Shown here one piece after another: positions 1 through 9,081 of a DNA stretch of 64,000 nt (position 1 is its first letter; every line of letters starts with the position of its first letter). Position numbers and translations under genes: made by a program. Source of the DNA: a virus; IMG/VR virus record IMGVR_UViG_3300008261_000005. One strand, given 5' to 3'. The notes beneath the pieces were generated by a model. That model saw nothing but the letters and a program-made list of their open reading frames with translations. It had not been told where the DNA came from and searched no databases.

Positions 1-847
1 ACCAGTTGGTAGTTTTGTGTTTATGGGTCCAACTGGTTGTGGTAAAACTGAAACTGCAAAAGCACTTGCTAAACAGTTAGGTGTTAAACTTATTCGCTTT
101 GATATGAGTGAATATCAAGAAAAACACAGTGTGTCTAAACTAATCGGTAGTCCCCCAGGATATGTTGGCTTTGAAGAAAATGCTGGCTTGCTAATTACAC
201 AAATTCAAGAGAATCCAAATTGTGTATTATTGTTTGATGAAGTTGAAAAATCACATCCAGACGTAAGTACAATTTTGTTACAGCTAATGGATAACGGGTT
301 TGTTACTGGCAGCAATGGTAAGAAAGCTGATTGCCGAAACTTGATTCTTATATTGACCACTAACGCTGGCGCACAAGCAAGTGAAAAAAATCAAATTGGC
401 TTTGGTGCACAAGAAAAAGACTACACTGATTCTGATCTAAAGAAGTTTTTTGCTCCAGAATTCCGTAATCGATTAGATGCTGTTGTTACCTTTAAGAAAC
501 TTGGCAAAGACATTATGGTTAAGGTTGTTAACAAGTTTATTGCAGAATTGAGCGCACAGGTCAAAGAAAAGGGCATTAAAATTAAGATTGACAAATCTGC
601 AATTGAACTACTAATTGAAAAAGGATTTGATTCAAAAATGGGTGCTCGTCCTTTGCAGAGAACTATTGATCAACTAATTAAACGTCCGCTAAGTAAGATG
701 ATGTTATTTGGTGAACTAAAGAATGGCGGGCATTTGACTATTGGCTCGTTAAACGGTGAAATTACTCTTACTAAGAGAATAAAAATAATCAAGCCATTAT
801 TGCTAGAAAATGAAACTCAACCAGAAAATACTAGTCAAGAAAACTAA
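1..847 (+). CDS. ClpA/ClpB-family AAA+ ATPase, C-terminal part (5' truncated by window)
   Basis: Frame is open from the window edge (PVGSFVFMGPTGCGKT Walker A); RFDMSEY, LIGSPPGYVG, Walker B LLFDEVEK, PEFRNRLD and GARPL are second-AAA-domain motifs of ClpA/B. Confidence 0.9.
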   Translation, partial: PVGSFVFMGPTGCGKTETAKALAKQLGVKLIRFDMSEYQEKHSVSKLIGSPPGYVGFEENAGLLITQIQENPNCVLLFDEVEKSHPDVSTILLQLMDNGFVTGSNGKKADCRNLILILTTNAGAQASEKNQIGFGAQEKDYTDSDLKKFFAPEFRNRLDAVVTFKKLGKDIMVKVVNKFIAELSAQVKEKGIKIKIDKSAIELLIEKGFDSKMGARPLQRTIDQLIKRPLSKMMLFGELKNGGHLTIGSLNGEITLTKRIKIIKPLLLENETQPENTSQEN

Positions 848-857
848 AAAACTTTTT

Positions 858-1472
858 ATGGACAAATACCAGTACAAGGCAGTACTGGTATGTCCAGTTT
901 CAGCTTGGTTTAGGGGTTGTGATTTAGACTTTGCAAGGCACAAACTAAAAGCAATTGATCCAACTAAACTACCCTTATTGTCTCCCCCATGGAGTAAATT
1001 AAGAAGTTTAGCGGATTTAGATTTTTGCTTAATTCTCGAACACAAACTATCAAGTTTTCAAAACTTTGATATTAGAGTTGAACATCCGTTATTAAGTTTT
1101 TACACTAATGATTTTAACGATGTAGTATCGTTAACGTCTGTTGATATTGATCGTACAAAGTATGTTAGTATTCCAGACGAATTCTTGTATCCCAAGTTGG
1201 AAAAGAACACTGTATTTTTACCTAAGATTGATTTTGAATTCAAAATAACCATGGGTAAGACTCGTACTAGTTACGACAGCTTTATTAAATGGGCTAATAC
1301 TAGTGACAAAGTTCGATTAACTAAGAAATGCATACAAGAATTGTCAGCTGACTATTCATGGGGAGGCAGTTACTTCTATGTTAAAGATGAGAAGTCTCTT
1401 ACCATGGTGAAGATGTTTTTAGGCAGTGAAATCAGCAGAATAGACCGCGTAATCAACGCAATTCCAGCTTAA
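858..1472 (+). CDS. hypothetical protein
   Basis: Long ORF; ATG at 858 just after the Clp stop is the more plausible start than 810. No recognisable family. Confidence 0.6.
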   Translation: MDKYQYKAVLVCPVSAWFRGCDLDFARHKLKAIDPTKLPLLSPPWSKLRSLADLDFCLILEHKLSSFQNFDIRVEHPLLSFYTNDFNDVVSLTSVDIDRTKYVSIPDEFLYPKLEKNTVFLPKIDFEFKITMGKTRTSYDSFIKWANTSDKVRLTKKCIQELSADYSWGGSYFYVKDEKSLTMVKMFLGSEISRIDRVINAIPA

Positions 1473-1503
1473 ACAGAACAATCTCCTTAGAAGCTAAATT
1501 AGC

Positions 1504-1509
1504 TAAATA
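1504..1509 (+). promoter_or_regulatory. T4-like late promoter core (TAAATA)
   Basis: TAAATA in the intergenic gap ahead of the head-protein operon; the same hexamer precedes other structural genes. Confidence 0.5.
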
Positions 1510-1562
1510 TACGAACGGCGGATTAATATGAGTACGTTATTAGTCTTACAGCTTGGACATAT

Positions 1563-1967
1563 ATGAAAATTACAGAACTATTCAATAATACATCAAAGAG
1601 CATAGATGATGAACTTGAGCTAGATAAAATTGGGCTGAATAAAAAGACCAATGATCATAGCTCAGCAGATGACGAATATTCATTCGATCTTGCTGAAGAC
1701 ATTATCTATTTCATGCACAACAACGATGATTTTTATCGTAAAAAATTCTTTCCTATATTAAACTTATGTAAGAAACAGTTTGATCAAGGTCAATCATTTT
1801 CGCACAGAGTGTTTAAACCAGTTGTTACAAAAGCGTATAGCATATACAAAGACGAATTCCCATTAAGAGAACTTAGAGACGAATTAGATAAAGAAATGAT
1901 TGAAGAAATTTGTAAGAAAATTCACGAATCTGAGATGACGAATATGCGTGAAGGGGCTTACAAATGA
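1563..1967 (+). CDS. hypothetical protein, probable internal head protein
   Basis: 134 aa; N-terminus MKITELF resembles the M-K/R-x-x-E-L/F capsid-targeting pattern shared with neighbours. Confidence 0.55.
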   Translation: MKITELFNNTSKSIDDELELDKIGLNKKTNDHSSADDEYSFDLAEDIIYFMHNNDDFYRKKFFPILNLCKKQFDQGQSFSHRVFKPVVTKAYSIYKDEFPLRELRDELDKEMIEEICKKIHESEMTNMREGAYK

Positions 1968-2839
1968 TTTTAAACGAAGGCGGCAACATTTGGCCTGAGA
2001 GTACTGATTACGAACAAACTGTTGAAATGATTGACGGTTTAGTTCAAACCACTGAAGAGTTTGTCAGTGAAATTGGTCTAAAGATTCATGTCATTGGTAG
2101 TAGTGCTACGCCTACGCAAAATGCTTATTTAGGTGGTGAGCTTATTGGTATCTACAGAGAGCGTGAACAAAAGTTTGTTCCAGTTAAAGCATACGCAGAC
2201 AAATACAACACTGGAGAATTACCACAAGGTGTTGAACTAAAACCAAAAAGATCTGGCGACTTAGACGTTATGGCAGATTTAAATGATGCTGCTAGATTCT
2301 TTAAGACTAAAGATGGAAAAACAACACGTCAAGCGTTAGATGATTTCTTAAAAGAAAAAGGTTTAAAAACCCACAAAGCTGGTGTAACAGTTCATACACT
2401 CATTCCTTATGGTGAAGGTTTTTATCAAGTGGACATTAAAATTGTTCCTAAAGCAGAAATTGTAAGTAGATTTCATCACCACGCTATCCCACCAGGCAGT
2501 CCATACAAAGGTGTTAATAAACAAATGATGATTAATACACTTGCTAGCAGTGGAGGATTTTTGTGGAGTCCAGACGAAGGTCTTTACAAACGCGATGCTG
2601 CTGGTAAGAAGGCAGAGTTTATTAGTGATGATTTAAATGTTATTGCTCAAACGTTACTTGGACCAAACGCAAATGCAGATAGTTTGGGCAGTGTTGAAAG
2701 TATAATGGATGCTATTCCAGACGAAGCAAAACGTAATGAAATTTTCGACAAGGCAAAGGCATCTAGCAGTTGGCAAGCCGCAACTCCCACAGTCGGTACT
2801 AACGAATGGTTTAGTCGCACACTAAGGATGTTGAAATGA
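1964..2839 (+). CDS. Pol-beta-superfamily nucleotidyltransferase-like protein
   Basis: IGSS...SGDLDV plus a later QVDIK third acidic residue; N-terminus MILNE|GGN looks like a cleavable leader. Confidence 0.6.
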   Translation: MILNEGGNIWPESTDYEQTVEMIDGLVQTTEEFVSEIGLKIHVIGSSATPTQNAYLGGELIGIYREREQKFVPVKAYADKYNTGELPQGVELKPKRSGDLDVMADLNDAARFFKTKDGKTTRQALDDFLKEKGLKTHKAGVTVHTLIPYGEGFYQVDIKIVPKAEIVSRFHHHAIPPGSPYKGVNKQMMINTLASSGGFLWSPDEGLYKRDAAGKKAEFISDDLNVIAQTLLGPNANADSLGSVESIMDAIPDEAKRNEIFDKAKASSSWQAATPTVGTNEWFSRTLRMLK

Positions 2840-3987
2840 GATTAAGAGAACTATTTGAAGCAGCTCCACCCAAAGTAGGTCGTAAGTATCAACACATTGA
2901 AGACTTGGCGTTTACTAACGGCAGTAACGGAGCGCACCATGCAGTTGAACGTTTACGTAGCATGGGCAAACAATCTGGTTCAATTGAATTAAAGTGGGAC
3001 GGCAGTCCAGTTGTATACTGGGGTCGTGATGAGGATGGTGTTTTCCGTTTATTTCCTAAAAATGCGTGGGATTATTTGAAGCGTGGTACAACACAGACCA
3101 AGAGCGGTGTTAGTACTGAAATGAATAGTCCAGAAGACATTAGAAATTTTATTTTAGGTACTGGTAATACAGAACCTGGTAAAGAAAAACAACGCCAAAA
3201 CTATGCTAATCAAATGGCAAGTTTGTGGAGTTACTTTGAAAAAATTAGTCCAGAGGTTGGATATATTGAAGGTGGTATTTTATTTCATCCTGGACAACCA
3301 GCAAAATTAAATCCCAAAACAGGCGATTACGATTTTACACCAAACATTACTAGTTTTCATATTCCAGCAGATAGTGACTTGGGTAAAAGAATTAGAACTG
3401 CAAAAGTTATGGTGGCAGCAACTGGCTATTACGAAACAATGGGAACTAGCGATGAAACACGTTATCCCAACGCAGAAGAATTAAGTACACCAGACGTTAT
3501 TGTGCAAGGCACAACTTATGTTGAAGAAGCTCCAGATGTTGATGATAGTGAGTTAGATCAAATTGAGCAATACATTGATGCAAATGCAGATGCTATTGAT
3601 GCCTTTTTAGCACCCAAGCCAGGACTAAGCAAAGTGGGTGATATATTATATACATTCTTTAATCAAAATTTACGTGTAGCTGGAGTTAAAAATAAATTTC
3701 AGTCTTGGATTAAGAATCAAGTAGCAGCTAAAAAGATGTCGGCAGCTATGGCACAAAAAGTTTTATCTGATCCAGGATTAGATGCAGTTCTAACCACTGT
3801 GGAGATGATAACTGCTGCTAAGATGAATTTAATTACTGCATTAGGTGCAGGCACACATAGCGGCATTAAGCAAACTAAACCTGAAGGTTATGTTCAGGCC
3901 CATCCAGGCGGAGAATTTAAACGTGATGTTCCAGGACAGTTTGTTAAGGCAATTGACCAAGCTAACTGGGCTCCAAGGAAAGACTAA
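2836..3987 (+). CDS. ATP-dependent ligase-like nucleotidyltransferase (KWDG family, probably DUF6267-like)
   Basis: ELKWDGSP matches ligase motif I (KxDG); EGG and EGYV resemble later ligase motifs; MRLRELFE|AA leader. Confidence 0.6.
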   Translation: MRLRELFEAAPPKVGRKYQHIEDLAFTNGSNGAHHAVERLRSMGKQSGSIELKWDGSPVVYWGRDEDGVFRLFPKNAWDYLKRGTTQTKSGVSTEMNSPEDIRNFILGTGNTEPGKEKQRQNYANQMASLWSYFEKISPEVGYIEGGILFHPGQPAKLNPKTGDYDFTPNITSFHIPADSDLGKRIRTAKVMVAATGYYETMGTSDETRYPNAEELSTPDVIVQGTTYVEEAPDVDDSELDQIEQYIDANADAIDAFLAPKPGLSKVGDILYTFFNQNLRVAGVKNKFQSWIKNQVAAKKMSAAMAQKVLSDPGLDAVLTTVEMITAAKMNLITALGAGTHSGIKQTKPEGYVQAHPGGEFKRDVPGQFVKAIDQANWAPRKD

Positions 3988-5015
3988 TGAGATTACGTGA
4001 ACTATTGATAGAGAATTTAGACCGTACTGGCGAAAGTAAAAACGCAGTTGTAGGCTGGGGCCGTGGCATGGGGCACAAAGGTCACATGATGCTGGCCAGT
4101 AGCGTTTTAACACAGGCAAAAGATGATGGTGCCGATCCATATTTTGTAATCAGCAAAACAATGGGCAAAGATGATCCGTTAAGTCCTGATGAAAAATTAG
4201 ACATTTACAATCAAGTATTTCCAAATAATCCCAAAGTGTTCAACACAGCAACTGATGAAATGCCTGACTTGAATAGAGTACTTAAAAAGTTAGCTACTAT
4301 GGGCTATGGTAATGTTACTGTAGTTGTTGGTGCTGACCAGGTTAATGCATTCCAATACCTAGTACGTCCAGACAAGTCTGGAGTTGAACCGTATAAGCAG
4401 TTTGGTTTAGATGATTTAAAAGTAATTGCACGTCAAGAAACTAATGATCCAAGCAGAGAAGAGGAAGGTCCACGTGCTACACCTATGCGTCAAGCATTGT
4501 TAGACCCCAACATGAGCGATGAGGAAAAGTTTCAAGTATGGCGTGATTCAATGAATCCAGAAATTGACGATGAAAAAGTCAAACAACTAATGCAAACTGC
4601 ATTACAGCGTATGCAAGACTTTGCAAAACCCAAAGTAAGAGTAAAGAAAGACAAAATGGCAGCAGAAAACTCTCGTAACCCAGACTTAATGAGTCCAAGC
4701 GATTATGATCGCTATCAACAAAATCAAATGGACTATGAAAAACGTGATTTCAAACGTCGTGAAATGGAACATGAACTAGGACACGAAGATGAATGGCAAC
4801 GCCAGCAAGATTCTAAACCAGTAGTAGTAGGTAGGTATTTTTATAACGTGCCAGCTGGCAGAGAAGACGAAGCAGCCAGCTACGGAATCAAACAAACTAA
4901 GAGTGGTAAATGGTCTAAGGCAAAATATAATAAGAGCGGACGCACATGGGGATTCCAAAAAGATCTTGCAGATAAAGCATTTGGTAATGGAAGATACTGG
5001 GAACCAAAAAAATAA
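3987..5015 (+). CDS. HxGH-motif cytidylyltransferase-like nucleotidyltransferase with C-terminal extension
   Basis: GWGRGMGHKGH (HxGH), VVVGADQ and RATPMR (S/A-T-x-x-R) motifs; MRLRELLIE leader. Confidence 0.7.
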   Translation: MRLRELLIENLDRTGESKNAVVGWGRGMGHKGHMMLASSVLTQAKDDGADPYFVISKTMGKDDPLSPDEKLDIYNQVFPNNPKVFNTATDEMPDLNRVLKKLATMGYGNVTVVVGADQVNAFQYLVRPDKSGVEPYKQFGLDDLKVIARQETNDPSREEEGPRATPMRQALLDPNMSDEEKFQVWRDSMNPEIDDEKVKQLMQTALQRMQDFAKPKVRVKKDKMAAENSRNPDLMSPSDYDRYQQNQMDYEKRDFKRREMEHELGHEDEWQRQQDSKPVVVGRYFYNVPAGREDEAASYGIKQTKSGKWSKAKYNKSGRTWGFQKDLADKAFGNGRYWEPKK

Positions 5016-5017
5016 TT

Positions 5018-5311
5018 ATGAAACAGTATAGGATCACTACACAGGATTTAAACACGGATAGTAGCGATGACTGCTATCTTGATCCCAATGATCCTATACA
5101 TGAACTAAAAGCACTTGCAGGTATTGGCGGAGGTTTAGGCGGGCAAGCTAAACTACAAGAATACAGAGGTATGCAAGGAAGTAATATCAGTGCAACGGGT
5201 GACAGTAAAGGAGCCCTTATGAAGAAGCATGATATTAAACCGGGTACGCCCGAGTGGTTTAAATTGTGGTTTTCAAGACCATATCTAACTGGTGAAAAAC
5301 CAATAGATTAA
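5018..5311 (+). CDS. conserved-looking phage hypothetical protein
   Basis: 97 aa ORF in operon; GSNIS...IKPGTPEWFKLWFSRPY segment. Confidence 0.55.
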   Translation: MKQYRITTQDLNTDSSDDCYLDPNDPIHELKALAGIGGGLGGQAKLQEYRGMQGSNISATGDSKGALMKKHDIKPGTPEWFKLWFSRPYLTGEKPID

Positions 5312-5319
5312 TAAACCAA

Positions 5320-5325
5320 TAAATA
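5320..5325 (+). promoter_or_regulatory. T4-like late promoter core (TAAATA)
   Basis: TAAATA in the short gap before the GGAG RBS of the GH19 gene. Confidence 0.5.
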
Positions 5326-5345
5326 CACTACAATGGAGAAATAAA

Positions 5346-5978
5346 ATGAGTTTTGATTTTGATTTTACACTAGAAAAGGTAGCCGCTTGTATTAGCAAAA
5401 ATAAAGATCCTGAATCATGGTTCAAAGCACTTGCAGAGCATTTACCACAGTTCGAGATTAATACTCCAGCAAGAGTCGCTGGATTTATTTCGCAATGTCA
5501 GCACGAAAGTGGTGATTTTAATCTACTACAAGAAAACTTAAACTACGGAGCCAAAGGCTTACGTGGCACATTTGGCAAGTATTTTCCAACAGACGACATT
5601 GCAGTACAATACGAACGCAAACCAGAGATGATTGCTAATCGTGTATACTCAAGTCGTATGGGCAATGGTGACGAAACTAGCGGAGAAGGCTGGAAATATC
5701 GTGGTCGTGGATTACTTCAATTGACTGGTAAGAGTAACTACACGCAATGTAGTAAAGATCTTTTTGGTGATGATACACTTGTAGAAGATCCAGATCTTTT
5801 ACGAACACCAGAATATGCAGTACTAAGTGCTTGCTGGTTCTGGAAGAAAAACAATTTAAACGCAATTTGTGATACTGGCGATGTAGTAGCACTGAGCAAA
5901 CGTATTAATGGTGGAACTATTGGTCTTGATGACCGTATTTCACACTGGAATCATTGCTTGGAAATTTTAGAAAGCTAA
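5346..5978 (+). CDS. glycoside hydrolase family 19 lysozyme/endolysin
   Basis: AGFISQCQHESG, ENLNY, YRGRGLLQLTG, ACWFW and INGG are GH19 phage-lysozyme motifs. Confidence 0.9.
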   Translation: MSFDFDFTLEKVAACISKNKDPESWFKALAEHLPQFEINTPARVAGFISQCQHESGDFNLLQENLNYGAKGLRGTFGKYFPTDDIAVQYERKPEMIANRVYSSRMGNGDETSGEGWKYRGRGLLQLTGKSNYTQCSKDLFGDDTLVEDPDLLRTPEYAVLSACWFWKKNNLNAICDTGDVVALSKRINGGTIGLDDRISHWNHCLEILES

Positions 5979-5979
5979 T

Positions 5980-6219
5980 ATGAGGTTGTGGGAAATATTA
6001 CAAGAAGAAGCAACTGCCGGTTCTACTAGTGCCGGCAGTATTGCTACGGTTGTTAGCCCACACTTAGCAATTGGCAATAAGAAGACGCGAAACAGGTACG
6101 GAAAGGGTGGTAAGCCAAGGCCTCCTAAAGCAAAACAAGCGAAAAACAAAGACGGAACAGCGAAAAATGCACTTGATATGAAGGGCAGTATTTTCGGCGG
6201 CAAGCCCGTAAAACGCTAA
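5980..6219 (+). CDS. small basic probable internal head protein
   Basis: MRLWEILQEE|ATAGSTSAG leader followed by a K/R-rich body. Confidence 0.55.
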   Translation: MRLWEILQEEATAGSTSAGSIATVVSPHLAIGNKKTRNRYGKGGKPRPPKAKQAKNKDGTAKNALDMKGSIFGGKPVKR

Positions 6220-6222
6220 ATA
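6217..6222 (+). promoter_or_regulatory. T4-like late promoter core (TAAATA)
   Basis: TAAATA overlapping the stop codon, just upstream of the GGAG RBS of 6243. Confidence 0.45.
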
Positions 6223-6242
6223 CAACGATAACGGAGTTTACT

Positions 6243-7520
6243 ATGCACATCGATATGCAACCACAAGATGATATGAATGGCTTACCAGGCGGCGAAAGAG
6301 ACCGTGAAGGTGCTATGGCCAAAGCTGACTTATACAAGTTAGCAAATTACAGTTTAAAACTATTTAAAATGATGGAAGCTAATACACAACTAGAAGGTTG
6401 GGTACAGGCTAAGATCACAAAAGCAGCTGATTATGTCGCTAGCGTATACCACTATATGGAATACGAAATGAAGTTTAGCGAATACGGCCAAGCTATCGAT
6501 GACAGCGATGTTTATTCAGAAAGCCAAAAACGTGCTCTAAGAGGCAAGTTAATGGAAGCTAAAGAAAAGATCAAAGACCTTAAGAAAGCTCAAGCTGAAA
6601 AGATCAAGAAGAAAGAAGAAAAGGTCGATGAAGCAAGTGGTGTACGTGCAACAGACAAAAAGAAAGGCAAAGTTGAAAAGTCTGAAAAGAAGCAATACTT
6701 TGTCAAGTTAGAAAAAGACGGCGCAACGAAAGGCATGACTATTACTGCTGACGAAGGCGAAGCGCAAAGTGAAGTGCGTGATCGTGCCGCACGTGATGCA
6801 CGTAGTGGCGGATGGACAGTGGCTAGCATTCGTCTTAAAGACAGTGGTTCAGGTGAAGAATTAGACGAAGCTAAAAAATCAAAGAAAGCTAAAAGAGACT
6901 TTGATAAAGATGGTGAAGTAGAAACTGAAAAAGAAGAAGTATTTGGTTCACGTCGTAAAGCAGCCGGTTTACCATTTAAAGAATCTGCAGAAGAAAAATT
7001 TGCCAAAGAACGACAAGCCAAACGTGATGCTGAAGAAGATGAATGGGCAAAAAGCCATGCACTAGACAAAGTTAATCTCCGCCGTCGAAACAAACAGGAT
7101 GCTGAAGATGAAGAATTTTTAGCCAGCAGATCTGGTTCTAAAACAAAAGAAAGCATAGGACAAATAGGTAATAAACTTAGTGCTGCTGCTAAATCTGCCA
7201 TCCCAGCAACAGCAACAACTACAGTACCAGGCATGAGAGCCACTGGCGCAGATTTAAAGAAAGCAAATGCCAGTGCGGCACTTGGTGAAGGCAAATGCAA
7301 CCATACACCTAAAGGTAAAGCATGTCCAGTCCACGGTTTAAAAGAATGTGGCACATACATGGAAGCTAAAAAAGGAACTGGTGATGTAGGCAAGCCTAAC
7401 ACTGGTGGGAACAAAGGTTTCAAAGGTGTAGTTACTAGTGCTAAAAAATCTGGTTATTCAACTGAAGTTGCTAACAAGATTGCTGGCAAAGTTAAAAAAG
7501 ACATAATGGCAAAGAAATAA
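6243..7520 (+). CDS. prohead core/internal protein-like, highly charged
   Basis: K/E-rich; repeated hydrophobic-x-E|A/G/S sites; DFDKDG (EF-hand-like) and CNHTPKGKACPVHGLKEC (Cys/His) modules. Confidence 0.55.
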   Translation: MHIDMQPQDDMNGLPGGERDREGAMAKADLYKLANYSLKLFKMMEANTQLEGWVQAKITKAADYVASVYHYMEYEMKFSEYGQAIDDSDVYSESQKRALRGKLMEAKEKIKDLKKAQAEKIKKKEEKVDEASGVRATDKKKGKVEKSEKKQYFVKLEKDGATKGMTITADEGEAQSEVRDRAARDARSGGWTVASIRLKDSGSGEELDEAKKSKKAKRDFDKDGEVETEKEEVFGSRRKAAGLPFKESAEEKFAKERQAKRDAEEDEWAKSHALDKVNLRRRNKQDAEDEEFLASRSGSKTKESIGQIGNKLSAAAKSAIPATATTTVPGMRATGADLKKANASAALGEGKCNHTPKGKACPVHGLKECGTYMEAKKGTGDVGKPNTGGNKGFKGVVTSAKKSGYSTEVANKIAGKVKKDIMAKK

Positions 7521-7524
7521 TACC

Positions 7525-9060
7525 ATGGACATGAAGAAACTCCTATCCATTGTTGATAACAGTGGAACTAAAGAAAAAACAATAATCACTGAAGGTACTA
7601 ACATGGCTCAACAAATGGTCATGCAACAGTACTCTAAACCTCAACAAACTACTCCTAAGTTCAAAAGCAACATTAATGAATATTTAAAAGTAGTCAATAA
7701 TGAAATGCTAGGTGCGCTACAAGAACAGCAAGAGCAGAAAAAGATACAAGTTAAAAAGATTGTCAATCGTGTTTTGACTCGTATGGACGAGGGCAAAACT
7801 GTTAAAGCTGAAGCTCCTAAGCCACGCAACTTTGTAGCTAAAAACGCAACAACAAGTGGCGCTGGCGCACACAAAGATAAAAAGAAAGCTGACAAGCAAG
7901 GCGATGTTAAGCACAAAGCCAAAGCATTGGAACTAGCTGAGTTACGTACTGAAGTAAAAGATAAAGATGGTAAAGTCACAAGTTGGAAAGATGAAGGCGA
8001 GTGGAAAAAGTCCACTGCTAATAAAGATGGTCGTGGCAAAGTTACTAACCTAAGTGACAAAGCACGTCGTGAAACAGAGAAGTTGTCTAAGAAAGAACAA
8101 GATATTGACGAAGCAGCCAAAAAAGGTCTTTACTATAATGTAAACAAGCGCAAGGCTGCAGGTACTAGTAGACCAGCTAGCCATCCAAAAGCACCCACAG
8201 CACAAGCATGGAAGGATGCTGCCAAGACAGCTAAGAAAGAAAGCATAGCAGAAAGCTATGGTAGTGTAGAAGTTGGCGCACCAGTTAAAGTATACAGCAA
8301 CGTACTAAAGAAAGCAGTATTTGGCAAAGTTGTTAAACTTAGAGAAGGTCGTGCTTATGTTCAATATGATAATACAAAAATTATCATGGGACACCCAATT
8401 GACGCTGTTCAATTGAAAGAAGCAGCAACGGTTCCAGCACCAGCACCAGGCATGTTAGCGGGAGCAGGTAAGTTGGCAGGTAGATTTTTACCAGGACTTG
8501 GCGCAATAGCTGGCGGTGTTGATGCTTACGATAGAATTAAGAAAGGTGATTACACTGGTGCTGCACTATCAGCCGGTGCTGGTTTAGCAAGTTTTGTTCC
8601 AGTTGTTGGCACAGCGGCAGCAATGGGATTGACCGCAGCACAGCTAGGTAGAGATAAAGCACGTACTGGTAGTTTCCTTCCAAGCGAAGAAGAACAATTA
8701 GCAGCGGCAGCTAAAGATAAAAAGGCAGCAGCTCCTGGTCAAACGGCAACTCCGGCTCCAGGCGCAATGACTCCTAATCCAAAAGCTCCAGCAACTGCCG
8801 CAGCTAAACCTCAAGGAAATTTGGGAGTTAAGCAAATGCAAAAAGAATTAGGTGTTGATGCTGATGGCATAATTGGCCCATTAACTAAAGCAGCAATTGC
8901 TAAGAATCCCACAGTAGCAGCAAAATATGGTTTTGGTCCTGATGGCGCTGCATTACCTCAACAAGCAGCAACTCCTGGTCCTGGCGGCAAAATAGCATCA
9001 GCAGTTACAGCGGCCCTTCCAGTTGCCGGTGCGGCAGCTAGACAAGCATTAACTAAATAA
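7525..9060 (+). CDS. multi-module internal virion protein with peptidoglycan-binding motif
   Basis: Basic modules separated by x-x-E|A/G/S sites; Gly/Ala hydrophobic segment; VKQMQKELGVDADGIIGPLTKAAI resembles PG_binding_1. Confidence 0.55.
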   Translation: MDMKKLLSIVDNSGTKEKTIITEGTNMAQQMVMQQYSKPQQTTPKFKSNINEYLKVVNNEMLGALQEQQEQKKIQVKKIVNRVLTRMDEGKTVKAEAPKPRNFVAKNATTSGAGAHKDKKKADKQGDVKHKAKALELAELRTEVKDKDGKVTSWKDEGEWKKSTANKDGRGKVTNLSDKARRETEKLSKKEQDIDEAAKKGLYYNVNKRKAAGTSRPASHPKAPTAQAWKDAAKTAKKESIAESYGSVEVGAPVKVYSNVLKKAVFGKVVKLREGRAYVQYDNTKIIMGHPIDAVQLKEAATVPAPAPGMLAGAGKLAGRFLPGLGAIAGGVDAYDRIKKGDYTGAALSAGAGLASFVPVVGTAAAMGLTAAQLGRDKARTGSFLPSEEEQLAAAAKDKKAAAPGQTATPAPGAMTPNPKAPATAAAKPQGNLGVKQMQKELGVDADGIIGPLTKAAIAKNPTVAAKYGFGPDGAALPQQAATPGPGGKIASAVTAALPVAGAAARQALTK

Positions 9061-9081
9061 ACAGAATTCAAGGAAACTATC

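Noticed and set aside
6590-8120. Long antisense ORFs (6590-7423, 7641-8120) and many other short opposite-strand or alternate-frame ORFs in the track
   Set aside because: They are shadows of K/E/A-rich sense genes (S/F/L-rich translations), lack RBSs and overlap well-supported CDSs completely.
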